From Octopus vulgaris (lineage: Eukaryota), in contig OX597822.1 in the NCBI GenBank assembly GCA_951406725.2, positions 114,576,001 to 114,640,000 of the forward strand: a DNA stretch of 64,000 bases, read 5' to 3'. This document shows, one piece after another, positions 28,393 to 41,200 of the stretch (positions within the stretch are counted from its first letter, which is position 1; each line of letters opens with the position of its first letter). The position numbers and the translations under genes are program-made. The notes under the pieces are model-generated. The model made no database searches. It saw nothing but the letters and a program-made list of their open reading frames with translations, and was not told the DNA's origin.

Positions 28393-30816
28393 CAAAATTA
28401 GAAAATGGAGAAACATACTTAAATCAATAAAACATCAACTATTATTACACCATTACATATCAGTAAAGGCATTATACAAAATATAAAGTAAATATAAATA
28501 GACAAGGAAATAGAAATATAAAATATAAAATATAATATGTAATTATATCATATCTGACAGCTGTTTCGGCAGTAAGGGCAGTCATACCTCATTTAACCTA
28601 TAAGCCATAAAGGCAGGTATAAATGAGGCATTAACAAGGATGCCCCACGGCCTCTTCAGAGAATTTAATTTGTTATAATTGTGAAAAAAATTATTTTTCC
28701 ATATACATATAAATATAAAAATATAAAAATGTAAAATATAAAAAATATAAAAATATAAAAATGTAAAATATATCGAAATAACTATAGTTATTTCGATTTT
28801 GAATGGATGTACTTGGTGCTAACTTAACTGTATCTATTATTATTATTATTATTATTAATATTAATAGTAATTTATATTGACTTTTATAGGTTTATAATTT
28901 TATGAACAGAACTATGGTTTTTTTATTATTATTTTCAGGTATAGGTATGATTTTAATTTAAATAGTAGTGCGCATACATCTCCCTATGTGTTAGTTTTTA
29001 GAACTATTAGCCAAATATGTAAAATAACTGTGCTTATTAATATTAATATATACACTGATATATATTTTGTTTTATTTTGTTTTGTTTACCTTGCATTATT
29101 GTACCAATGAGTATTATATATATGTGTAGCATTATGGAGTTTATGCACAAGTTTTTATATTTTACATTTTTATATGTTTATATTTATATGTATATGGAAA
29201 AATAATTTTTTTCGCAATTATAACAAATTAAATTCTCTGAAGAGGCCGTGGGGCATCCTTGTTAATGCCTCATTTATACCTGCCTTTATGGCTTATAGGT
29301 TAAATGAGGTATGACTGCCCTTACTGCCGAAACAGCTGTCAGATATGATATAATTACATATTATATTTTATATTTTATATTTCTATTTCCTTGTCTATTT
29401 ATATTTACTTTATATTTTGTATAATGCCTTTACTGATATGTAATGGTGTAATAAAGTATTGATTGGGTATCATCTGATAGTTGATGTTTTATTGATTTAA
29501 GTATGTTTCTCCATTTTCTAATTTTGTAGTATTAATTTACGGTAATATTATTACCTTTGCCCATATAATACAATAGATGAACTAATTGCTTGGCAATTTT
29601 TAACATCTATGTATTAGTCTTGTTGGGTACCTATCTAGCAGTATATTGGATATATGTTATCCCATGGTGGGTTGAATTGTTCAACCCCTATCTCATTTTA
29701 TAACCTATATATATATATAAGAGGGTGAGTCAAAAAGTAATGCCATTTTGTTTAGGACGGGTATAATTACCAACACAGGAACATGTATCATACATCAAAA
29801 TGAAGCTGGTCCTCTGTTGATCACATCCCTACTTCTCAACATAGTCATCTTTTCTCTCAATAGCAATGTTCCACCTTCGAATGAGAGCATGTATCCCTGC
29901 CCCTTAAAATTCTGTTGACTGTTCTTTGAGCCATTTCGTCACTACAGTTTTCACTTCTTCGGCCCCATGAAAGAGGGTTTGAGAAGCAAACAATATTCCA
30001 GTGACGAGGAAGTGAAAACTGTAGTGAAGAAGTGGCTCAAAGAATAGTCGACAGAATTTTACAGGGCAGGGATACATGGTCTCATTCGAAGGTGGAACAT
30101 TGCTATTGAGAGAAACGGATGTTGAGAAGTAGGGACGTGATCCACAAAGGACCAGCTTCATTTTAATGTATGATACCTGTTCCTGTGTTGGTAATTATAC
30201 CTGTCCTAAACAGGTATAATTACCTTTGATAGGTGTAATTTTTTCCAAAGATTTCTGACGTTCTTCCTTCCTACTTTATTATTAAATTTACTAGTGTACA
30301 TTTGTGTAGATATGAGTACTTATATAGAAATATTAAATACATAAAAAACCTCTGGAAGATCCTGGAAGTAATTGTGTTAAATTTTGGTATTGAAAGCCAG
30401 AACGGATCGACACTGCACATTGCTGAAAATCCCAGCAAAGCCATTGCGCTTCAGGACCAGTTACTGCATGAAAAGATTCAAAACTTTGCCTGAAAGATGG
30501 CAAAAGGGGATCGATAACGAGGGATTACCTTTTCGATTGATTGATCTTTGTTGTATTTTAATTGTCAATAAAGTGATATTTTCTTCTATTATTCTTTTAC
30601 TTGTTACAGTAATTTAACTGCGGCCATGCTGGAGCACAGCCTTTAGTTTAACAAACCGACCCTACAGCTTATTCTTTGTAAGTCTAGTACTTATTCAGTC
30701 GTTCGCCATTGCCGAACCGCTAGACTACAGGGACGTAAACACACCAACATCGGTTCTCAAGCGATGGTGGAAAGACATATGCAAACACACAAATACAGAC
30801 ACACACACACACATGT

Positions 30817-30864
<48 letters not shown>

Positions 30865-31328
30865 TTAGAGATAAAACCACTATTAGGCAAATCAAACAGT
30901 GAAAATCATAAGCCAATACATAGAAATAAAATTAATTAAAAAATATATAAAAAATATAAAATATAAAAATCCAATTAAAGTTAAAATTTTTAAAAATTAT
31001 TTAAATTAATAATTTAAACTTATGAATTATAAATATATATATTTTTTTATCATTATTTTATTTAATTATTTATTTTTTATTTAATTATTTATTTTTTATA
31101 TATATTTTTTAATATTTTTTTATATTTTTATATTTATTTATTTTTTTATAAACTATCAAAAAGTATTAAAAGTTTAATAAGATATTTCTATGTATTGGCT
31201 TATGATTTTCACTGTTTGATTGCCTAATAGTGGTTTTATCTCTAATTTAATATATATATGTTTATACTACAAAATTAGATTTAATCCTAAATCTAATTTT
31301 TCCCTGTAAGTTTGGATTTACTCCCTAA

Positions 31329-31359
<31 letters not shown>

Positions 31360-32097
31360 TATAATAAATATTAGGGAATAAATCCAAACTTACAGGGAAA
31401 AATCAGATTTAGGATTGAATCCAATTTTATAGTAAAATATTATATTATATTAAATTAGAGATAAAACCACTATTAGGCAAATCATACAATAAAAAACTTA
31501 AGCCAATACATAAGATTATTTAATTTATATTATTTAAATATATAACAAAATTATTAAAAATATATAATTAATATAACTCTACGATCGTTTCATGGCTGTT
31601 AATTTCTTTAAATTTTCGAGTTACAGTCATTCATCAGGTGGTTTGAATATTTAACTTGGCGAGTTAAATATTTAAACCACCTGATGAATGATTGTAACTC
31701 GAAAATTTAAAGAAATTAACAGCCATGAAACGATCGTAGTGTTATATTAATTATATTTTTTAATAATTTTGTTATATATTTAAATAATATAAATTAAATA
31801 ATCTTATGTATTGGCTTAAGTTTTTCATTGTATGATTTACCTAATAGTGGTTTTATCTCTAATTTAATATAATATATATATATATGTTCATTCAAAATGT
31901 GACCGCGTGTGTACCGTTGGCGATTTTTTTCCTCTGTCTTCCCTTCTCTGGATCTTTCCTTCTCCTATGTTTCCGACGAAGAGCTCCGCTCGAAACATTA
32001 AATCCTCCTTTCTTTCCTTTCCTGACCGTCCAATAATACTATATTTGTTCCACGTCCTCACGTTGTTGTGTTTTTTTGTGCTATCTTGTTTGGATTA

Positions 32098-32135
<38 letters not shown>

Positions 32136-32811
32136 CGTCGGGCTTCTTTCAGTCTCCGTCTACCGAATCCACGCACAAGGCTTCGGTCGGACGGAGTTTA
32201 GAGTAGAAGACACATGACCAAAATGCCAGGCAGTGGGACTGACACTGACACAATGTGGTTGTGGAGCTTCCTACTACACAACCGTGATTGCGCCTCGATA
32301 TATATATATCCACGGAGTGGTTGGCGTTAGGAAGGGAATCCAGCTGTAGAAACATTGCCAGATAAGACTGGAGCCTGGGGCAACCTTCTGGCTTCCCAGA
32401 TCCCCGGTCGATCCGTCCAACCCATGCTAGCATGGAGAACGGACGTTAAACGATGATGATGATGATGATGATATATATAATATTTCGCTTAGGCATAGCG
32501 AATATAACAACCTGGTGTAGACCTCAATACACGTGTGGTGTAGAATACAATGTTAAATGAGAATAGAGTGTCAAGAGAAAAGAAAAAGATGTCACTGGAA
32601 AAACGGAGGAATTATATAATAAGCTTCACTGGCTAACAGTTGTTTCTGCTGTGTGATGTAGTGGTGTGTTGGTTGAGTAGCTGGGTAACACCCTGTAGCT
32701 TCATCAAAGCCTTGAATATAAAAAGCACATTATTTGGGAAAATGACATTTTCTAAACACACAAGCGTAAGTTCTGAAAATGTAACTTGTGTGCGCGTGTG
32801 CATGCGTATGA

Positions 32812-32857
<46 letters not shown>

Positions 32858-33882
32858 ATATGTGTATGTATGTGCGATTGTCTAAAATTATCGTCACTGC
32901 TCTGTTTTCATATTTTCCTTTTCTATCCTTCTCTCTCTTAACAGGGTAGCTTACAGAATAATTCATTCAACTTGTTACAAATGCTGCAGAGGATGGATCG
33001 GCACGCCTGGAAGGTGCAGAGGTAAGAATATGTGTTCGGTCCGCTCCGGGTATTATGTGTAGATAAGGCCTAATATTTTCTTAATATTTTATATTTTATA
33101 TCCAAATATAACGACCAATGGTCTCGTTTCAAATTTCCTTTTTCTTTCGTATCACAATCCTTTGAAGAAAAACATCGCTATTTCTTCCATTTTCTTTTTC
33201 CTGTTTTATATTGTAAAATGTGCAAATGAGCGTCATGTCGTCTCGTCTTCTGTCCACCATATTTGACCAGTTGATGTCCATTTTGATGTATATAATGCCT
33301 TTGCCACAGCAACTGAGCTGAGAAAGGTCTGAGTTCTGTTAAAAGAACATGGTGCGTCTAACTTATTCTACAATAGCCACAAGGCCTGATATTTGGGGAG
33401 CAGGTGGGGGTCAGTCGATTACATTGAGCCTAATACTTGAATGGTGCTCATTTCACCGACTCCGAAACGATGGATTACAACGTCGACATTGGCAGATTTT
33501 GAACTCGGAACGACGAAATTACGCCAAGAATTTTGCCCAGCGTGTTCACGATTCTGCCAACTCATCACCTTAATAATAACAACAACCACAACAACAACGA
33601 GGACGCAGACGAGGACTACAACGATGACGACGTTGATGATGATGAAACATAAGTGTAATATCCATGCAATAAAATTGTTTTAATTTTCCAGACGTAAACG
33701 AGTGCACAGGGAACCCATGCGGGGCACATGGGAGATGCACCAACACACTAGGATCCTACAGATGTGTTTGTCATCCAGGGTTCCATTTTAACGGCAGAAC
33801 ATGCACTGGTAAGTAAAGCAGAATAGACAACATTTACGCGTATAGCTGTAACTGGTTTCAAGTTATAATAATAATAATAATA

Positions 33883-33930
<48 letters not shown>

Positions 33931-35189
33931 ACAACAATAATAATAATAATAATCATTATAATAATAATTGATGTATCAATACCAGCAGATGACAACGTGT
34001 CTCTAAAAGAAATGGGGAAACTTTCAAAATACAAAGAACTGGAAATAGAGGTAACTCGAATGTGGAATCTAAAAACAGAAACAATTCCTATCATAGTAGG
34101 TGTATTAGGCATGATAAAAAAATATTTAGACAAATACATAACAAAAACATCAGGACTTACAAACACATATAACATACAGAAAATTGCACTACTAGGCACT
34201 GCACACATCCTACGCAGAACACTTTCAATACAATAACCATCAGAGCATCACAACAAATCACAGCACATACCCAAGGCACACAGAGCTGCACTCGGTAGTG
34301 AAGAGAAAGCACGCTATAAAAATAAAACTACTGAATAATAGTAATAATAATAATAATAATAAGGACCTACATACAATGGAAGATATGCACACACTATAGA
34401 ATAACACCAGAAAAAAGATGGTATAGGTACACGCCAGAAAAGATCACAGAAATGAGAAAGTAACATTACACAGATAGAGAAATTGAGGCCAATAGGCCGG
34501 ACATAATTGACAGAGATCATGAAGGAAAAAATGCATTCTGATTGATGTATCAATACCAACAGATGACAACGTTTCTCTAAAAGAAATGGAAAAACTTTCA
34601 AAATACAAAGACCTGGAAACAGAGGTATCTCGAAAGTGGAGTCTGAAAGCAGAAACAATTCCTATCATAGTAGGTGCATTAGGCATTATAAAAAAATATT
34701 CAGACAAATACATAAGAAAAACACCAGGACTTACAAATATATATAGCATAAAGAAAATAGCACTCGTAGGTACCGCACACATTCTACGTAAAGCACTTTC
34801 AATACAGTAAAAGTAAGAGCATCACAACAAACCACAGCACATACCCAAGGTACACAGAGCTGTAATTGGTAGTGCAGTAAAAGCACGTGATATCAATAAG
34901 ATTATGATGATGATGATGATTAATGATGATGATTGATGATGATGTTAATGTTGATGGTGATGATGATAATACATAAGTGTTATATTCATGCAATAAAATT
35001 GTTTTACTTTCCAGACAGAAACGAGTGCACAGGGAACCCATGCGGGGCACATGGGAGATGCACCAACAATCACGGATCCTACACATGTGTCTGTAATCCA
35101 GGATTCGAGTTCAGCGGAACAACATGCGTTGGTAAGTAAAGCAGAACAGACATCACGCGTATAGGTGTAACTGGATTCAAGTTATATTA

Positions 35190-35244
<55 letters not shown>

Positions 35245-38200
35245 GGCTTTTGATAGCCTACCACATAGCTGGATTAGGAAATGCCTGGAAATGTATAAGA
35301 TAGCACCTACTCTGTGAAACTTTTTCACTGTAAGTATGAGATCATGGAGAACCACACTAACTCTGAACAGTGACAATGAATCCCTAAATGCTGGTGATGT
35401 AAAAATTTTGTGTGGCATTTTCCAGGGTGACTCACTGTCACCACTCCTCTTTTGTTTAGCCTTAATACCTCTCTCAAAACTGCTCAATGACGCGCAGTAC
35501 GGGTATAAAATGTTGGATAAAAATATAAATCATCTCATTTACATGGATGATTTAAAGCTCTTTTCAAAAAATGACCAACAACTCAAGGGCTTACTAGCGA
35601 TAGTCAAACGATTCAGTGACGACATCAGAATGCAATTTGGCCTCGATAAATGTGCAAAAGCTACCTTTATCAAAGGAAAAATGACAGAAACATTTAACGT
35701 TAACCTTGACCAGCAGAATGTCATAAAAGAACTAGACCCAGCGGAGAGCTACAAGTACCTAGGGGTAATTGAAGGGAACGGAATAAGGCATTCAGAGATG
35801 AAGGAAAGGATCAGGAGAGAATGCTATCGAAGAGTGAGAGCAATACTGAAGACAGAGCTGAATGCAAGAAACAGGATCGAAGTGATCAATGCATTAGCCA
35901 TACCAGTTGTGACTTACAGTTTCAATATCGTTAACTGGTCAATTACTGAAATATGTCAGCTTGACAGAAAAATAAGAAAACTGTTGACAATGCATAGAAT
36001 GCACCACCCTAAGGCAGATACAGAACGACTTAATCTGCCAAGAAAAGAGGGAGGCCGTGGTCTTTTGCAACTGGCAATAACAATGAAGATTTCTACAATT
36101 GGCCTAGACACCTACTTGAAAAAGTCTGAGGACTGGATGTTAAAACTTGTCTCAAAACATGAAAACAAGAAAGCATCATACTCAGTAACAAAACAGGCCG
36201 AGGAATATCTAAGTGAATTCTGAATACAACAAATTTCGGAATTAGAGATAGACATACAAGAAACAAGCACAGAAAAAGCTAAACGCATGAAAACCCGTGC
36301 CAAAACTGCGGCCTTAGATATTCTGAATAATAAATGGCAAGAAAAACCTCTCTATGGCAAATACCCAAAGAGAGCGAATAATGCAGATATTGATAAAGCC
36401 CTGACCCATCAATGGCTAATGGCCTCTGGCTTAAAATCTGAAACAGAAGGGTTTATCATAGCAGCTCAAGATCAATGCCTACCAACAAGAAACTACCAGG
36501 CCAACATATTAAAGAACGGCAGTAGCCCAACATGTCGTTTATGCCGACAACAAAATGAAACCATTGATCATGTTGTCTCCAAGTGCAGTCTTCTTGCGCC
36601 TACAGAGTACCTCAACAGGCATGATAGACCTGCACAATATATTCACTGGGTAATTTGCAGAAGCCTGGACTTGCCCCATGATAAAAAACTGGTGGGAACA
36701 CAAACCACCTCCAGTGCTTGAAAATGACCACATCTCACTCCTCTGGAACTTCACCATTCAAACTGACAAAAAGATAGATGCAAACAGGCCAGACATCATA
36801 TAGAAAGACTTCAGACAAAGAACATGCCTCCTCATTGATATGACTGTCCCAATCGATATAAACGTATCTGTCAAGACCTACCAAAAACTGAGCAAATATA
36901 AAGATCTTGAAATAGAAATCAGCAAAATGTGGAAGCTGAAGACTAAAACAATACCTGTTGTCATAGGGAAAGATAGCGAAAGGGGCTGATTGCTACCTAA
37001 TTCAGATACCAGGAAACCCCGAAATGGCAGAAATTCAAGAGATAGTGCTCATGGGAACTGCTCATATTTTATGGCATGGATATAAATCTTATGTATAATC
37101 ATTATCATCATCATCATCATCAATCATCAATCATCATTTATCATCATCATCAATCATCATTATCATTCATCATCATAAATGAACAATCATCATTATCAAA
37201 ATACTCTCCAAGTAATCTCAAGGTTTAAAACAAACTTTTTTTTTTAAACTATGTATTAGACATTCACTAGAACAACACCAAAAAAAAACCCTAAATATAT
37301 GGAACACTAGGCATAACAACAACGTGAACTTCCAACCTGTTGTCTCTTGAGGTCACTGGGTGAGACTTGGAGCCAACTTGTACAAACATAAAGCAAAAGT
37401 CAAACATAGAATAATAATATTAATAATGATGTCGAAGATGTTGATGATGATGGTGCTGATGATGATGATGATGATTAATGATGATTGTTCATTGATAATG
37501 ATGATTCTTCATTTATGATGATGATTGATAATGATGATTGATGATGATGATTGATGATGATGATTGATGATGATTGATCATTGATGATGATGATGATGAT
37601 ACAAAAGATTTATATCCATGCCATAAAATTGTTTTACTTCCCAGACACAGACGAGTGCAAAGGAGACCCATGCGGAGAAAAGGGGAAATGCACCAACACA
37701 CAAGGATCCTACACATGTGACTGTAATGCAGGGTACGAGTTCCGTGAAACAACATGCGTTGGTAAGTAAAGCAGAACAGACATCACGCGTATAGGTGTAA
37801 CTGGATTCAAGATATATTAATAATAATAATAATAATAATGTCGATGATGTTGGTGATGATGGTGGTGATAATTGTGGTGATGATTATGATGTTGCTAATG
37901 ATTATGATGTTTAATGATGATCATTCATTGATGATGATGATTGATGATGATGATTAATGAGGATTGATGATGATGATGATGCTCATGATTATGATGATCA
38001 TTCATTGATGATGATGATTGATGATGATGATTCATGATGATTGATCATTGATGATGATGATGATGATACAAAAGATTTATATCCATGCCATAAAATTGTT
38101 TTACTTCCCAGACACAGACGAGTGCAAAGGAGACCCATGCGGGGGAAAGGGGAAATGCACCAACACACAAGGATCCTACACATGTGTCTGTAATGCAGGG

Positions 38201-41200
38201 TACGAGTTCCGCGAAACAACATGCGTTGGTAAGTAAAGCAGAACAGACATCACGCGTATAGGTGTAACTGGATTCAAGTTATATTAGTAATAATAATAAT
38301 AATAATAATAATGTCGATGATGTTGATGATGATGGTGGTGATAATGTTGGTGATGATTATGATGTTGCTAATGATTATGATGTTTAATGATGATCATTCA
38401 TTGATGATGATGATTGATGATGATGATTAATGATGATTGATGATGATGATTAATGATGATTGATGATGAGGATGATGCTCATGATTATGATGATTATTCA
38501 TTGATGATGATGATTGATGATGATGATTGATGATGATGATTGATGATGATTGATGATGATGATTGATGATGATGATTGATGATGATGATTGATGATGATG
38601 ATGATACAAAAGATTTATATCCATGGAATAAATTTGTTTTGCTTTCCAGACACAGACGAGTGCAAAGGAGACCCATGCGGGGGAAAGGGAAATGCACCAA
38701 CACACAAGGATCCTACACATGTGACTGTAATGCAGGGTACGAGTTCCGCGAAACAACATGCGTTGGTAAGTAAAGCAGAACAGACATCACGCGTATAGGT
38801 GTAACTGGATTCAAGTTATATTAGTAATAATAATAATAATAATAATGTCGATGATGTTGATGATGATGGTGGTGATAATGTTGGTGATGATTATGATGTT
38901 GCTAATGATTATGATGTTTAATGATGATCATTCATTGATGATGATGATTGATGATGATGATTAATGATGATTGATGATGATGATTAATGATGATTAATGA
39001 TGAGGATGATGCTCATGATTATGATGATTATTCATTGATGATGATGATTGATGATGATGATTGATGATGATGATTGATGATGATTGATGATGATGATTGA
39101 TGATGATGATTGATGATGATGATTGATGATGATGATGATACAAAAGATTTATATCCATGGAATAAATTTGTTTTGCTTTCCAGACACAGACGAGTGCAAA
39201 GGAGACCCATGCGGGGAAAGGAAATGCACCAACACACAAGGATCCTACACATGTGACTGTAATCCAGGGTACGAGTTCCGCGAAACAACATGCGTTGGTA
39301 AGTAAAGCAGAACAGACATCACGCGTATAGGTGTAACTGGTTTCAAGTTATATTAGTAATAATAATAATAATAATAATGTCGATGATGTTGGTGATGATG
39401 GTGGTGATAATGGTGGTGATGATTATGATGTTGCTAATGATTATGATGTTTAATGATGATCATTCATTGATGATGATGATTGATGATGTTGATTAATGAT
39501 GATTGATGATGAGGATGATGCTCATGATTATGATGATTATTCATTGATGATGATGATTGATGATGATGGATGATGATGATTGATGATGATGATTAATGAT
39601 GATTGATGATGATTGATCATTGATGATGATGATGATGATACAAAAGATTTATATCCATGCCATAAAATTGTTTTGCTTTCCAGACACAGACGAGTGCAAA
39701 GGAGACCCATGCGGGGGAAAGGGGAAATGCACCAACACACAAGGATCCTACACATGTGACTGTAATGCAGGGTACGAGTTCCGCGAAACAACATGCGTTG
39801 GTAAGTAAAACAGAACAGACATCACGCGTATAGGTGTAACTGGATTCAAGTTATATTAGTAATAATAATAATAATAATAATGTCGATGATGTTGGTGATG
39901 ATAGTGGTGATGATTATGATGTTGCTAATGATTATGATGTTTAATGATGATCATTCATTGATGATGATGATTGATGATGATGATTAATGATGATTGATGA
40001 TGAGGATGATGCTCATGATTATGATGATTATTCATTGATGATGATGATTGATGATGATGATTGATGATGATTGATCATTGATGATGATGATGATACAAAA
40101 GATTTATATCCATGCCATAAAATTGTTTTGCTTTCCAGACACAGACGAGTGCAAAGGAGACCCATGCGGGGGAAAGGGGAAATGCACCAACACACAAGGA
40201 TCCTACACATGTGACTGTAATGCAGGGTACGAGTTCCGCGAAACAACATGCGTTGGTAAGTAAAGCAGAACAGACATCACGCGTATAGGTGTAACTGGAT
40301 TCAAGTTATATTAGTAATAATAATAATAATAATAATGTCGATGATGTTGGTGATGATAGTGGTGATGATTATGATGTTGCTAATGATTAATGATGATCAT
40401 TCATTGATGATGATGATGATGATTAATGATGATTGATGATGATGATGATGCTCATGATTATGATGATCATTCATTGATGATGATGATTAATGATGATGAT
40501 TGATGATGATTGATCATTGATGATGATGATGATGATACAAAAGATTTATATCCATGCCATAAAATTGTTTTGCTTTCCAGACACAGACGAGTGCAAAGGA
40601 GACCCATGCGGGGAAACGGGAAATGCACCAACACACAAGGATCCTACACATGTGACTGTAATCCAGGGTACGAGTTCCGCGAAACAACATGCGTTGGTAA
40701 GTAAAGCAGAACAGACATCACGCGTATAGGTGTAACTGGATTCAAGTTATATTAGTAATAATAATAATAATAATAATGTCGGTGATGTTGGTGATGATGG
40801 TGGTGATAATGGTGGTGATGATTATGATGTTGCTAATGATTATGATGATTAATGATGATCATTCATTGATGATGATGATTGATGATGATGATTAATGATG
40901 ATTGATGATGATGATGGTGCTCATGATTATGATGATTATTCATTGATGATGATGATTGATGATGATGGATGATGATGATTGATGATGATTGATGATGATG
41001 ATTGATGATGATTGATCATTGATGATGATGATGATGATACAAAAGATTTATATCCATGCCATAAAATTGTTTTGCTTTCCAGACACAGACGAGTGCAAAG
41101 GAGACCCATGCGGGGGAAAGGGGAAATGCACCAACACACAAGGATCCTACACATGTGACTGTAATGCAGGGTACGAGTTCCGCGAAACAACATGCGTTGG

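Larger units (their letters stand above)
28391..29528. mobile_element. Inverted-repeat element (~350-bp arms), each arm carrying a hammerhead; Penelope inverted-pLTR-like
   Basis: Arms about 28391-28745 and 29150-29528, near-identical; begins in (TA)n; the right arm runs on into a unique tail. Confidence 0.85.
31361..31880. mobile_element. Near-perfect palindrome (~220-bp arms, centre 31659) with a hammerhead in each arm, plus a one-sided tail
   Basis: Arms about 31440-31658 and 31660-31878. Related inverted ends at 30858-30960 and 31183-31335. Confidence 0.85.
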
